Source: Candidatus Thermosaccharophagus tengchongensis (lineage in GTDB: Bacteria; Armatimonadota; Fervidibacteria; Fervidibacterales; Thermosaccharophagaceae). Taken from it: a DNA stretch of 64,000 nucleotides. The notes under the pieces were generated by a model. That model was given only the letters and a program-made list of their open reading frames with translations. It had not been told where the DNA came from and ran no database searches. This document shows positions 56,625-64,000 of the stretch, in pieces (position 1 is the stretch's first letter; each line of letters begins with the position of its first letter). A program made the translations under genes and the position numbers. The DNA is taken from NCBI GenBank assembly GCA_032161105.1, contig JAVHTD010000002.1, one strand, 5' to 3'.

Positions 56625-58409
56625 GTGACGAAAAGTAAATCGGGGGGCACTGCCAAAGTAGCGGTGACAAGCACTTCTGGTGGTGCTCGCTCAAGTTCTA
56701 TTGGGGCGAAGAGGGCACAAGGTAGCTCAAAGGTAAGGGCTAATGGTAAGGTCAATCCAAAAGGGCACAACGCTGTCTCTGCTTCGGTTAGCTCCGCAAG
56801 GAAGCAGTTGCGCAGTGGCAATGGTGGAGTGGGTTTGACCAAAACGGCTGCTGAGAAGGGGCGAAAGGGTGTCTCATCCACCGATGTGAAACTCAAAATC
56901 ATGGGCGTTCAAGCAGCTGGAGGTAGCCAATCAGGAACTCGTGCCACGACAGCTAAGGAAAGGCGTAAGTTGGATACTGGCACGCGAAAGGCAAGCAGCT
57001 CAAATGGGGCTGGAGTTAGGCGCAAGGCGTTGGAAAGCATCATAAAGGGAAGGGAAAAGCTCATCAAGGCTAAGTCAGAGGCGCTTTTATCAAGGAAGCT
57101 TCGCAAGGGGTCTTCCAATGGGTCAACAGCTAAAGCTGCGCCAACTAAGGGCGTGCGAAAAGCAGCGCCAAAGAGGTCAGTTAAGGGAGGGCAATTATCG
57201 GTGGCAAAGATCAAAGTCGCAAGTGGCGAAAAGGAAGCCATCGCAAAGAGAACAGGATCAATTAAGGCTTCACAGGAAGCGCCACTGAGCACAGTCAAAG
57301 CGAAGGGGGAAAGAAGGTCATCACTGAAAGGCTCGTCAAGGCGAGTTAGGGCGCCTTTGTCAGCTCCAACGATGGAGCTGGTAGAGTCGGGTGAGAGATG
57401 GGAGATAGAACCCGAGACCGAGGGCACATTTAAAATCGGCGAACCTGTGGGTGGCATTAAGGTTGACGGTGGGGATGGCACTTTCTTCTCTGAGGATGAA
57501 ATTGAGGCGCTGTTGAATTCAAATGAGGCGCTGTTTGCCTACAAGCCCTCAAGGAGACAGCGTTCTGGCATACCTGATGCCATGACCCTGTGGGGGCGAG
57601 AGTTGCACAAGCGTCCGCTGTTAACGCATGAGCAGGAAGTGGAACTTGCAAAGCGCATGGAGAAGGGTGATGAGGAGGCAAGGCGCATCTTCATTGAGTC
57701 AAACTATCGTCTCGTTGTGAGCATAGCTCAAAAGTATCGTGGCTGTGGCGTCCCGCTTGAGGATTTGATACAAGCTGGCAACATCGGCTTGATACAAGCC
57801 GTTGACCATTACGATTGGCGGCAGGGGACGAGGTTTTCCACATGCGCCGTCATGTGGATTAGGCAGGCAATACTTCGTGCGATTGACTCGCATGCCAGAA
57901 TAGTCCGCCTGTCAATGCGCGTCTCTGAGCAAGTTCACAGGGTGGCAGCGGCAAGGCAAGCTCTCATTCGTGAGCTTGGGAGAGATCCGACAATTGACGA
58001 GATCGCAAGGCGAACACGCCTCTCAAGGGAGCGCGTGAAGGAGCTCATGGGCTACATGGCTCAAAGGGTTATCTCAATTGATGACCCATTAGACATGGCA
58101 GACGGGCTTGATGTTGATGAGGTGCCATCCTTCTCCGAGTATCTTGCTGATGACCAGTCCAACAACCCAGAAGAGGTCATAGCTAACCGCGAGATGAAGA
58201 AGGTCATTGAGGAAGCGATAAAGGAGTTGCCCGATAGAACACAGCACGCCCTCAAACTGCGCTTTGGCTTTGAAGACGGCGTAATGCATACCTACGATGA
58301 GATTGGTTACCAACTCGGCTTGAGTAGGCAAAGGGCAATGCAGCTTGTCCAGTTGGGGTTGCAGCAGCTTCGCGAGCACCCCAAGGTTAAGATGCTGTTC
58401 TTGAATTAG
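56625..58409 (+). CDS. RNA polymerase sigma-70 family factor (RpoD-related) with a long basic N-terminal extension
   Basis: Region 1.2 PLLTHEQEVELAKR, region 2 NYRLVVSIA..DLIQAGNIGL..RFSTCAVMWIRQAI, region 3 ELGRDPT and region 4 LRFG..TYDEIG. GGAGG 8 nt before GTG 56625. Confidence 0.9.
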   Translation: MTKSKSGGTAKVAVTSTSGGARSSSIGAKRAQGSSKVRANGKVNPKGHNAVSASVSSARKQLRSGNGGVGLTKTAAEKGRKGVSSTDVKLKIMGVQAAGGSQSGTRATTAKERRKLDTGTRKASSSNGAGVRRKALESIIKGREKLIKAKSEALLSRKLRKGSSNGSTAKAAPTKGVRKAAPKRSVKGGQLSVAKIKVASGEKEAIAKRTGSIKASQEAPLSTVKAKGERRSSLKGSSRRVRAPLSAPTMELVESGERWEIEPETEGTFKIGEPVGGIKVDGGDGTFFSEDEIEALLNSNEALFAYKPSRRQRSGIPDAMTLWGRELHKRPLLTHEQEVELAKRMEKGDEEARRIFIESNYRLVVSIAQKYRGCGVPLEDLIQAGNIGLIQAVDHYDWRQGTRFSTCAVMWIRQAILRAIDSHARIVRLSMRVSEQVHRVAAARQALIRELGRDPTIDEIARRTRLSRERVKELMGYMAQRVISIDDPLDMADGLDVDEVPSFSEYLADDQSNNPEEVIANREMKKVIEEAIKELPDRTQHALKLRFGFEDGVMHTYDEIGYQLGLSRQRAMQLVQLGLQQLREHPKVKMLFLN

Positions 58410-58447
58410 GTAGCTATCAACATCGCCCGCAAGGCGAATAACTGGAG

Positions 58448-59395
58448 CTAATGCGTCCGCCTGTGGTTTAACTTGGCGAGAGCCTGTTTGCGTATTCCTT
58501 CCGCCCTCTCAAAGTAATTTCGCAATGGCTCAAGTTCAAACTCGGCGACGATCTCGCTTGCGCTCTTGTCAGGCATGTGTGAGACGAGAATGCACTTTCC
58601 CTCAGGAGAGGCGACATCTATTTCAACGCCCGCTTTGTAGCGCTCCTTTATAGCTGCAAACTTTGCATGGTTGTAATCAAGGTGCAACACGACGGCATCA
58701 AGGTTGAGCGTCTTTGTGATGATGGGTTGATAAGGCTGCGATGTGACAATGACTCTCCCAAGCGGATCTACTATCATGCTCCCGTAAGAAGTGCATGCCG
58801 ATGCCATGAAGACGCTATAGTCGTGAGCCCATATGCGCATTTGAAGCCCGCCGAGATACATTGAGCAGAAGAAGACCAGCTCAACCCCTTTCTTCGCCAT
58901 CCCTTCAATCACATCTCTGAAGTTCAGGTCAAAGCATATGGCGCAGCCCATTTTCCCGAAGTCCGCCTCAACGACCATGGCTTCAATTCCCGGTATGACG
59001 CCCGAGTTTATTTCCTCAATCGTTGGGTGCATCTTGTGATATTTCGCTACGACATTCCCATTTCGGTCTATGAAGGCTGCCGAATTTCGTATCCCGACAT
59101 CATCTCGCTCAACGAATGGGCATATAACCCAACACCTGTGCTTCACTGCAAGCTCGCTAAATGTCCTCACTACTTGTCCGTTGACTGTCTCTGCAACTTG
59201 CTCCCATTGATTGATGGGCACGCCGAGGAAAGCGAAAGCTTCTGGGAGGGCAACTATGTCTGGCGCATCCAAAATAGCCCTGTTGAACAATTCCACTGCT
59301 GCCTCCAAGTTGCTTTTGACCTTTGCTTTTGGGTCTGTCGCTGCTTGATGGGCACCGCCAAAGGTTATCGTGGAGACACGAACATACCTTGCCAT
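58448..59395 (-). CDS. Carbon-nitrogen hydrolase (nitrilase superfamily)
   Basis: Glu-Lys-Cys triad motifs ALPEAF, YHKMHP and AICFDL. Confidence 0.9.
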   Translation of the reverse strand: MARYVRVSTITFGGAHQAATDPKAKVKSNLEAAVELFNRAILDAPDIVALPEAFAFLGVPINQWEQVAETVNGQVVRTFSELAVKHRCWVICPFVERDDVGIRNSAAFIDRNGNVVAKYHKMHPTIEEINSGVIPGIEAMVVEADFGKMGCAICFDLNFRDVIEGMAKKGVELVFFCSMYLGGLQMRIWAHDYSVFMASACTSYGSMIVDPLGRVIVTSQPYQPIITKTLNLDAVVLHLDYNHAKFAAIKERYKAGVEIDVASPEGKCILVSHMPDKSASEIVAEFELEPLRNYFERAEGIRKQALAKLNHRRTH

Positions 59396-59518
59396 TCTCT
59401 CCACCCCCGTCTCGTTCACAATCGCCCTCAGCCACAATTTAGCACGACCCGAATGTTAGCGCACACATAAGTAGCGGTCAAATGCTTTCGGAGATTGGAA
59501 CACCGGCGCACATGCTCC

Positions 59519-59547
59519 TTTACAGTCACAGTTAGTGGCGTCATAAT
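59519..59547 (+). promoter_or_regulatory. Candidate sigma-70 promoter for the small zinc-finger gene
   Basis: TTTACA-17 nt-CATAAT. Confidence 0.5.
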
Positions 59548-59748
59548 GAAAAATGAAGCGCCTGCTTGTAAGGACCACACCGAACTCCGTGTGGGAGGAT
59601 TTCCCTAAATGAGACGGCGGTTTCACTTTTTCGGTAAAGGGTCAGGCAGGATACCCATTGTGGGCGCTGCAGTGGTATGCCCCATGCCATCCGGCGATTG
59701 TGCTCCCTATCTCGGCACAAAATCCAGCCTTGAAGGGGGAGTTGCGTC

Positions 59749-59964
59749 ATGTTCACCAACTTGTTTGTATTCGGTCCAAATGGTCAGCTCATTCGTAAGG
59801 AAGAACGCCCTCTTCAGCGCCCGAGATGTGGTATGTGTGGGCGCCCGATAAAGACGATGCTTCCCGGGACACCGGTTCCAAGCTCGGTGTTGCTGTGTCG
59901 TGAATGCAGCAACAAAGGTGTGCATACCAAAGCGTTTTACAACGATCAGAAGAGCAGGCGCTAA
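59749..59964 (+). CDS. Small putative zinc-finger protein (71 aa)
   Basis: GAAGGGGGAG RBS; CGMC-x19-CREC; the ORF lies in an otherwise unassigned ~700-nt gap. Confidence 0.7.
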   Translation: MFTNLFVFGPNGQLIRKEERPLQRPRCGMCGRPIKTMLPGTPVPSSVLLCRECSNKGVHTKAFYNDQKSRR

Positions 59965-60068
59965 TTAAATTGGACGATAAGAACAGTTAATGCCAGCCGG
60001 GGTAAAACGAGTTAGCCAAATCACAGGGGGGCTGGCACTTTCCTTCAGCAGTCACAGGCGAGAAGTGT

Positions 60069-60099
60069 GAGCACTCCTTCACTTAGTGAGGAAGTGCTC
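60069..60099. terminator. Stem-loop between converging genes, just after the hisG stop
   Basis: GAGCACTCCTTCAC-TTA-GTGAGGAAGTGCTC, a 14-bp near-perfect stem without a clear U-tract. Confidence 0.4.
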
Positions 60100-60105
60100 C
60101 ATTGA

Positions 60106-60978
60106 CTATGGCACAACCTTGTTGAGTTGGTATTCAACGATGTCGCATGCACCTGCCGCCTTCAACTTTGGAATTAACTCCCTAACAATGCGCTCATCCA
60201 CTACCGCTTCCACAGCATACCAGCCTTCCTCTGCAAGTGGTGATATGGTTGGTTGGCGCATAGCTGGGAGAAGTGCAACGACGCTCTTTAAGTTCTCGTG
60301 AGAAACATTGAGTTTGATCCCGACCTTCTGTTGAGCCAACAGAGCTCCCTTCAGCATAAGGGCTATTTGCTCAAGCTTAGAGCGCTTCCATTCGTCGGAC
60401 CACGCATGCTTGCTCGCTATCAGCTTTGCGTTTGACTCAAGTATCGTTTCAATGATGCGCAGGTTGTTTGCGAGCAGTGTCGTCCCAGTCTCCGTCAAGT
60501 CAGCGATAGCATCCACAAGCTCTGGCACTTTCGCCTCAGTTGAACCCCAAGAGTATTCAACATGGGCATTTATACCCCTCGCTTGCAAAAACTTTCGGAC
60601 TGTGTTTGGGAGCTCAGTGGCAATTCGCTTCCCCTCTAAATCCTCAACTCGTTGATATGGTGAATCGTTATGCACGGCTATGACAAGGCGCACTTTTCCC
60701 AAGCCCTGTTTTGAGTAAACCAGATCGGCAACTTCAATCACATCCGCCTCGTTTTCAACGATCTGGTCATATCCGGTTATGCCGCCATCCAAGATCCCGT
60801 CATGGACATAGCGCGGTATCTCCTGCGCCCTCAATAGGATGGCTCTTATCTCAGGGTCATCAATTGTTGGGAAGTGAGAGCGTGGCTGAATGTGCACATT
60901 CCATCCGGCCATCTTGAAAAGCTGCAGTGTGGCGTCTTGTAAACTGCCCTTTGGCAGAGCAAATTTTAACTGTGGCAC
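60106..60978 (-). CDS. hisG: ATP phosphoribosyltransferase (long form)
   Basis: LKFALPKGSL, RAQEIP, GITGYD, GSTE, DAIADLTETGTTL and a C-terminal regulatory domain PTISPL. Confidence 0.96.
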   Translation of the reverse strand: MPQLKFALPKGSLQDATLQLFKMAGWNVHIQPRSHFPTIDDPEIRAILLRAQEIPRYVHDGILDGGITGYDQIVENEADVIEVADLVYSKQGLGKVRLVIAVHNDSPYQRVEDLEGKRIATELPNTVRKFLQARGINAHVEYSWGSTEAKVPELVDAIADLTETGTTLLANNLRIIETILESNAKLIASKHAWSDEWKRSKLEQIALMLKGALLAQQKVGIKLNVSHENLKSVVALLPAMRQPTISPLAEEGWYAVEAVVDERIVRELIPKLKAAGACDIVEYQLNKVVP

Positions 60979-61155
60979 ATTGCTTCACCCCTTCTCTTGC
61001 TTTGTCCCTCGGGAGATAAAATTTCCCTCTTGTGCTCATGCGGCATGTGTCACTGGCTGATGCGGCGAAACTCACATGCAAAGTATGTCGCACGGGCTTA
61101 ACTCGCCCTGTGAGCAATTAGGGTGAGTGATTTTCAAGTTCAGCTGCCCGAAGCG

Positions 61156-61185
61156 TTGACGGCGCGGGTAATCGTGTGGTATCAT
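61156..61185 (+). promoter_or_regulatory. Sigma-70-type promoter with extended -10
   Basis: TTGACG-18 nt-TATCAT with TGn immediately before the -10. Confidence 0.55.
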
Positions 61186-61261
61186 TTCAGTTGAGGGTGT
61201 GCTCACCTGATGGCGCTGTTTACATACGGTCAAAGAGGCAGCGAATGTCGCCGCACGATGG

Positions 61262-61873
61262 GTGATAGCAATGAAGGGCGTGAGGAAGAAAAAGGGGAAT
61301 GACATACTCCGATTCAACGGCAGTAATGCGATTGTGGCTGTTAGTGAATGCATTAGTGCCAGTTGTGCTAACGGGGTTATTGTGCGCCCGGATGATAAAC
61401 ATCCGCAGAGGGAAAAGGCATGGTTTCTTCACCTGATCGCGAAGGCGTTGTATGCGTGCGGCGATTACAAGTCAGCCATCAAGCACCTTGAGCGTGCCTG
61501 TGAGCTTGCTCCTGACGATGCCTTTTACCACTTTGAGCTGGGGGAGCTTTACCTAAAGGCGCAATGCCTTGAGGAAGCTGCCAAAGAATTTGAAGCAGCA
61601 CTGCTATGCGCGCCGCTTGATGATTATTACCATGTGCGATTTGCGGCGGTGTGTGTTCGGCTCGGCGAACTCAGGAAGGCTGCAGAGGTGATGGAAAGGG
61701 CTGTAAAGCTGCGCCCAAGGAATGCCTTCTACCGTTACCTGCTGGTGAAGCTTTATGAGAACTTGAACGAACCGAAGCTGGCAGAGCCGCACAGGAATTT
61801 CGTTTCCGAGCTTGACAACTATGATTTGAGCTACATAAGGCTCTTCCAGACGGATTGGATGGGCTTCAAATAG
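61262..61873 (+). CDS. Tetratricopeptide-repeat protein
   Basis: Three TPRs (ACELAPDDAFYHFELG, APLDDYYHVRFA, LRPRNAFYRYLL). Confidence 0.82.
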   Translation: MIAMKGVRKKKGNDILRFNGSNAIVAVSECISASCANGVIVRPDDKHPQREKAWFLHLIAKALYACGDYKSAIKHLERACELAPDDAFYHFELGELYLKAQCLEEAAKEFEAALLCAPLDDYYHVRFAAVCVRLGELRKAAEVMERAVKLRPRNAFYRYLLVKLYENLNEPKLAEPHRNFVSELDNYDLSYIRLFQTDWMGFK

Positions 61874-61997
61874 ACCTCGCTGATGCATCGCCGCATGGAG
61901 CTGATGTAGGCTATTGCACTTGCATGGCGATCAGAGGCATAATGTGAAGTGGATGCCAAATTAAAAGCACGGTGTGCCTCAAATTGAGGTGATTGAG

Positions 61998-63761
61998 ATG
62001 GCGCTTGCCCGCCGAAGCATCGTTGAGATACTCCGTTCAAGGGGTAAGCTGACGGACGAGCAATTGAAAGAGGCAATGAAGGCTCGCCGGGATACAACAC
62101 AGCCAATTGAGGAGATACTTATCCAACTCGGCATAGTTAGCAAGCAGGACATACTCTCAGCCAAGGCGGAACAGTTGGGAGTGGAGTTCGTTGACCTCAG
62201 TCAGATACAAATTGACGAGAGCGCTATGGGCTTGGTGCCGCGTGAGCTCATGGAGAAGTATAGGGCTGTGCCGATAAGGATTGAGGGCAACAGGTTGACT
62301 GTGGCGATGGCGAATCCGAGGGACTTGATGGCTATTGATGACCTCAGGATGCGCACAAGGTTGAACATAAGACCAGTCCTTGCAGACCCGGAGGCGATTG
62401 ATACGATACTTTCTGGTGAGCTGACTGGTGCAGCAGTTGCTGGCGGGAGTGTTGCAAGGGATATTGAAGCTGCGCTTAGAGCTATGGAGAAGGAAAGCGC
62501 TGGGAAGGAAAGCAGGCTCGGTGAAGAACTCGCTGCTGCTGGTCACCTTGCAGACCTGAGCAAGCTTGAAAGGGTAAGCGATGAAGCCCTCGCTGATGAG
62601 GCGCCAGTCATACGGATAGTTAACTTGCTGTTTAAGGAAGCAATCAGGAACAACGCAAGCGATATCCATGTTGAGCCGCAGAGGAAAGATGTGCGTATAA
62701 GGATGCGCATTGATGGTGTGCTGCATGAATTCTTCAGGTTGCCAAAGTGGATACACGCGCCACTAATTGCCCGCATAAAAATCCTCGCTGACATGGATAT
62801 CGCTGAGAAGCGTATCCCTCAAGACGGACGAATACAGCTTCGCATGGCGAAGAAACTCTTTGATGTGCGTGTCTCAACCATACCGACAACAAATGGCGAG
62901 AAGGCGGTCTTGCGCCTGCTTGACCAAACGAGCGTCCTAATCGGATTGGACAAGCTCGGTTTGTTCCCGGACGATGTGGCGAAGATTGAGTATCTCATAT
63001 CGCAGCCAAACGGGATGATACTGAGCACAGGTCCCACTGGTTCCGGTAAGACCACAACGCAATATTCAATCATGCACCGGCTTAACACCACCGAGGTGAA
63101 CATCATCACGATAGAAGACCCGGTTGAATATCAGCTCCCGGGGCTCAACCAAGTCCATGTGAACAGGAAGGCAGGGCTCACATTCGCAACTGCACTTAGG
63201 TCATTCCTTCGTCAAGACCCGGACATCATCATGGTTGGAGAGATACGAGACCTTGAGACAGCCGACATCGCCATTCAGGCTGCTCTCACTGGTCACCTCG
63301 TTCTATCAACACTGCACACAAATGATGCTCCAACTGCCATAACTCGTTTGATTGAGATGGGGGTTGAGCCATTCCTTATTGCTGCGTCTGTGATCGGCGT
63401 TATTGCGCAGCGCCTTGCGAGGCGCATTTGCCCGAACTGTAAGGAAGAGTATGAGCCACCGCCAGAGTTGCTTGCGCGCTTTGGCTATCAGGGTGATGGC
63501 GACCAGAAGTTTTATCGTGGCAGAGGATGTGAGATATGCAGGCAGACCGGTTATAAAGGGCGCATAGGCATCTTTGAGATCTTCGTGATGAACCAAGAGA
63601 TCGCTGATTTGGTTTTGAGGAGGGCACCATTGACTGAAATTCGTGACGCAGCGGTCGCAAGCGGGATGAAGACTTTGCTTGAAGACGGCTTCAGGAAAGT
63701 GCTCGCCGGCATAACAACACCTGAAGAAGTTCTGCGCGTCGTTGCAACTGCTGGCTACTAA
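61998..63761 (+). CDS. pilB: Type IV pilus assembly ATPase (PilB/GspE family)
   Basis: ASDIHVEP, PQDGR, GPTGSGKTT, TIEDPVE, LRQDPDIIMVGEIRD, TGHLVLSTLH and CPNC..CEIC; followed by pilT. Confidence 0.93.
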   Translation: MALARRSIVEILRSRGKLTDEQLKEAMKARRDTTQPIEEILIQLGIVSKQDILSAKAEQLGVEFVDLSQIQIDESAMGLVPRELMEKYRAVPIRIEGNRLTVAMANPRDLMAIDDLRMRTRLNIRPVLADPEAIDTILSGELTGAAVAGGSVARDIEAALRAMEKESAGKESRLGEELAAAGHLADLSKLERVSDEALADEAPVIRIVNLLFKEAIRNNASDIHVEPQRKDVRIRMRIDGVLHEFFRLPKWIHAPLIARIKILADMDIAEKRIPQDGRIQLRMAKKLFDVRVSTIPTTNGEKAVLRLLDQTSVLIGLDKLGLFPDDVAKIEYLISQPNGMILSTGPTGSGKTTTQYSIMHRLNTTEVNIITIEDPVEYQLPGLNQVHVNRKAGLTFATALRSFLRQDPDIIMVGEIRDLETADIAIQAALTGHLVLSTLHTNDAPTAITRLIEMGVEPFLIAASVIGVIAQRLARRICPNCKEEYEPPPELLARFGYQGDGDQKFYRGRGCEICRQTGYKGRIGIFEIFVMNQEIADLVLRRAPLTEIRDAAVASGMKTLLEDGFRKVLAGITTPEEVLRVVATAGY

Positions 63762-63844
63762 TAAACCGAACAGGGCGGTTGCGAAGTTTTGAGTCAGCTC
63801 ATTAAACTCCCCTCTAAATCATCACTGGTGGGGGTGAAGGTTAA

Positions 63845-64000
63845 ATGGCAGCAACAAGCGAGAGGCGTGTTAAGGAGCTTATGTCCCTTGATGATGTGCA
63901 CATTGATGACTTGCTTCGCGTCGTCGTTGAAAAGAATGCCTCAGACTTGCATCTGTGTGTCGGGGTGCCGCCGGTGTTGCGCATTGATGGCAGGCTTTAC
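63845..64000 (+). CDS. pilT: Type IV pilus retraction ATPase, N-terminal fragment (truncated by the window edge)
   Basis: My translation: MAATSERRVKELMSLDDVHIDDLLRVVVEKNASDLHLCVGVPPVLRIDGRLY, a classic PilT N-terminus. Confidence 0.85.
   Translation, partial: MAATSERRVKELMSLDDVHIDDLLRVVVEKNASDLHLCVGVPPVLRIDGRLY

Noticed and set aside
1..64000. CRISPR array, insertion sequence, prophage, tRNA-anchored island or selenocysteine read-through
   Set aside because: I saw no regularly spaced repeats, no transposase/integrase/phage genes, no duplicated tRNA 3' ends, and no gene split at an in-frame TGA.

Overview
A 64-kb gene-dense chromosomal window of moderately GC-rich bacterial DNA. I saw no CRISPR array, transposase, integrase or prophage gene. 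The overall gene mix is loosely suggestive of a thermophilic Armatimonadota-like organism; this is inference only. Core content: glnA, nadB, aspartate kinase, a nuo (complex I) operon, ndk, a polyprenyl synthase, tsaD, a pyruvate:ferredoxin oxidoreductase operon, galU, a nucleotide-sugar dehydrogenase, hppA, tatA, hisG, pilB, the start of pilT, and seven tRNA genes (Lys, Glu x2, Val, Asp, Phe, Leu). The most unusual items are: (1) a nuoA-C-D-H-J-K-L-M-N operon that cleanly lacks every Fe-S subunit (nuoB, nuoI, nuoEFG); (2) three tandem QueG/reductive-dehalogenase-like Fe-S paralogs directly downstream of porCD-A-B and a USP gene; (3) a JAB/MPN protease fused to a TusA-like domain that lacks the CPxP cysteine; (4) a sigma-70 factor with a ~250-aa basic low-complexity N-terminal tail, altered promoter-contact residues and a long structured leader; (5) a stand-alone copy of the aspartokinase ACT module; (6) a small zinc-finger ORF behind a structured leader; (7) apparent window-wide avoidance of TCGA, GTAC, CTAG and ACGT outside tRNA genes. 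All protein calls rest on motif recognition by eye, not database searches.
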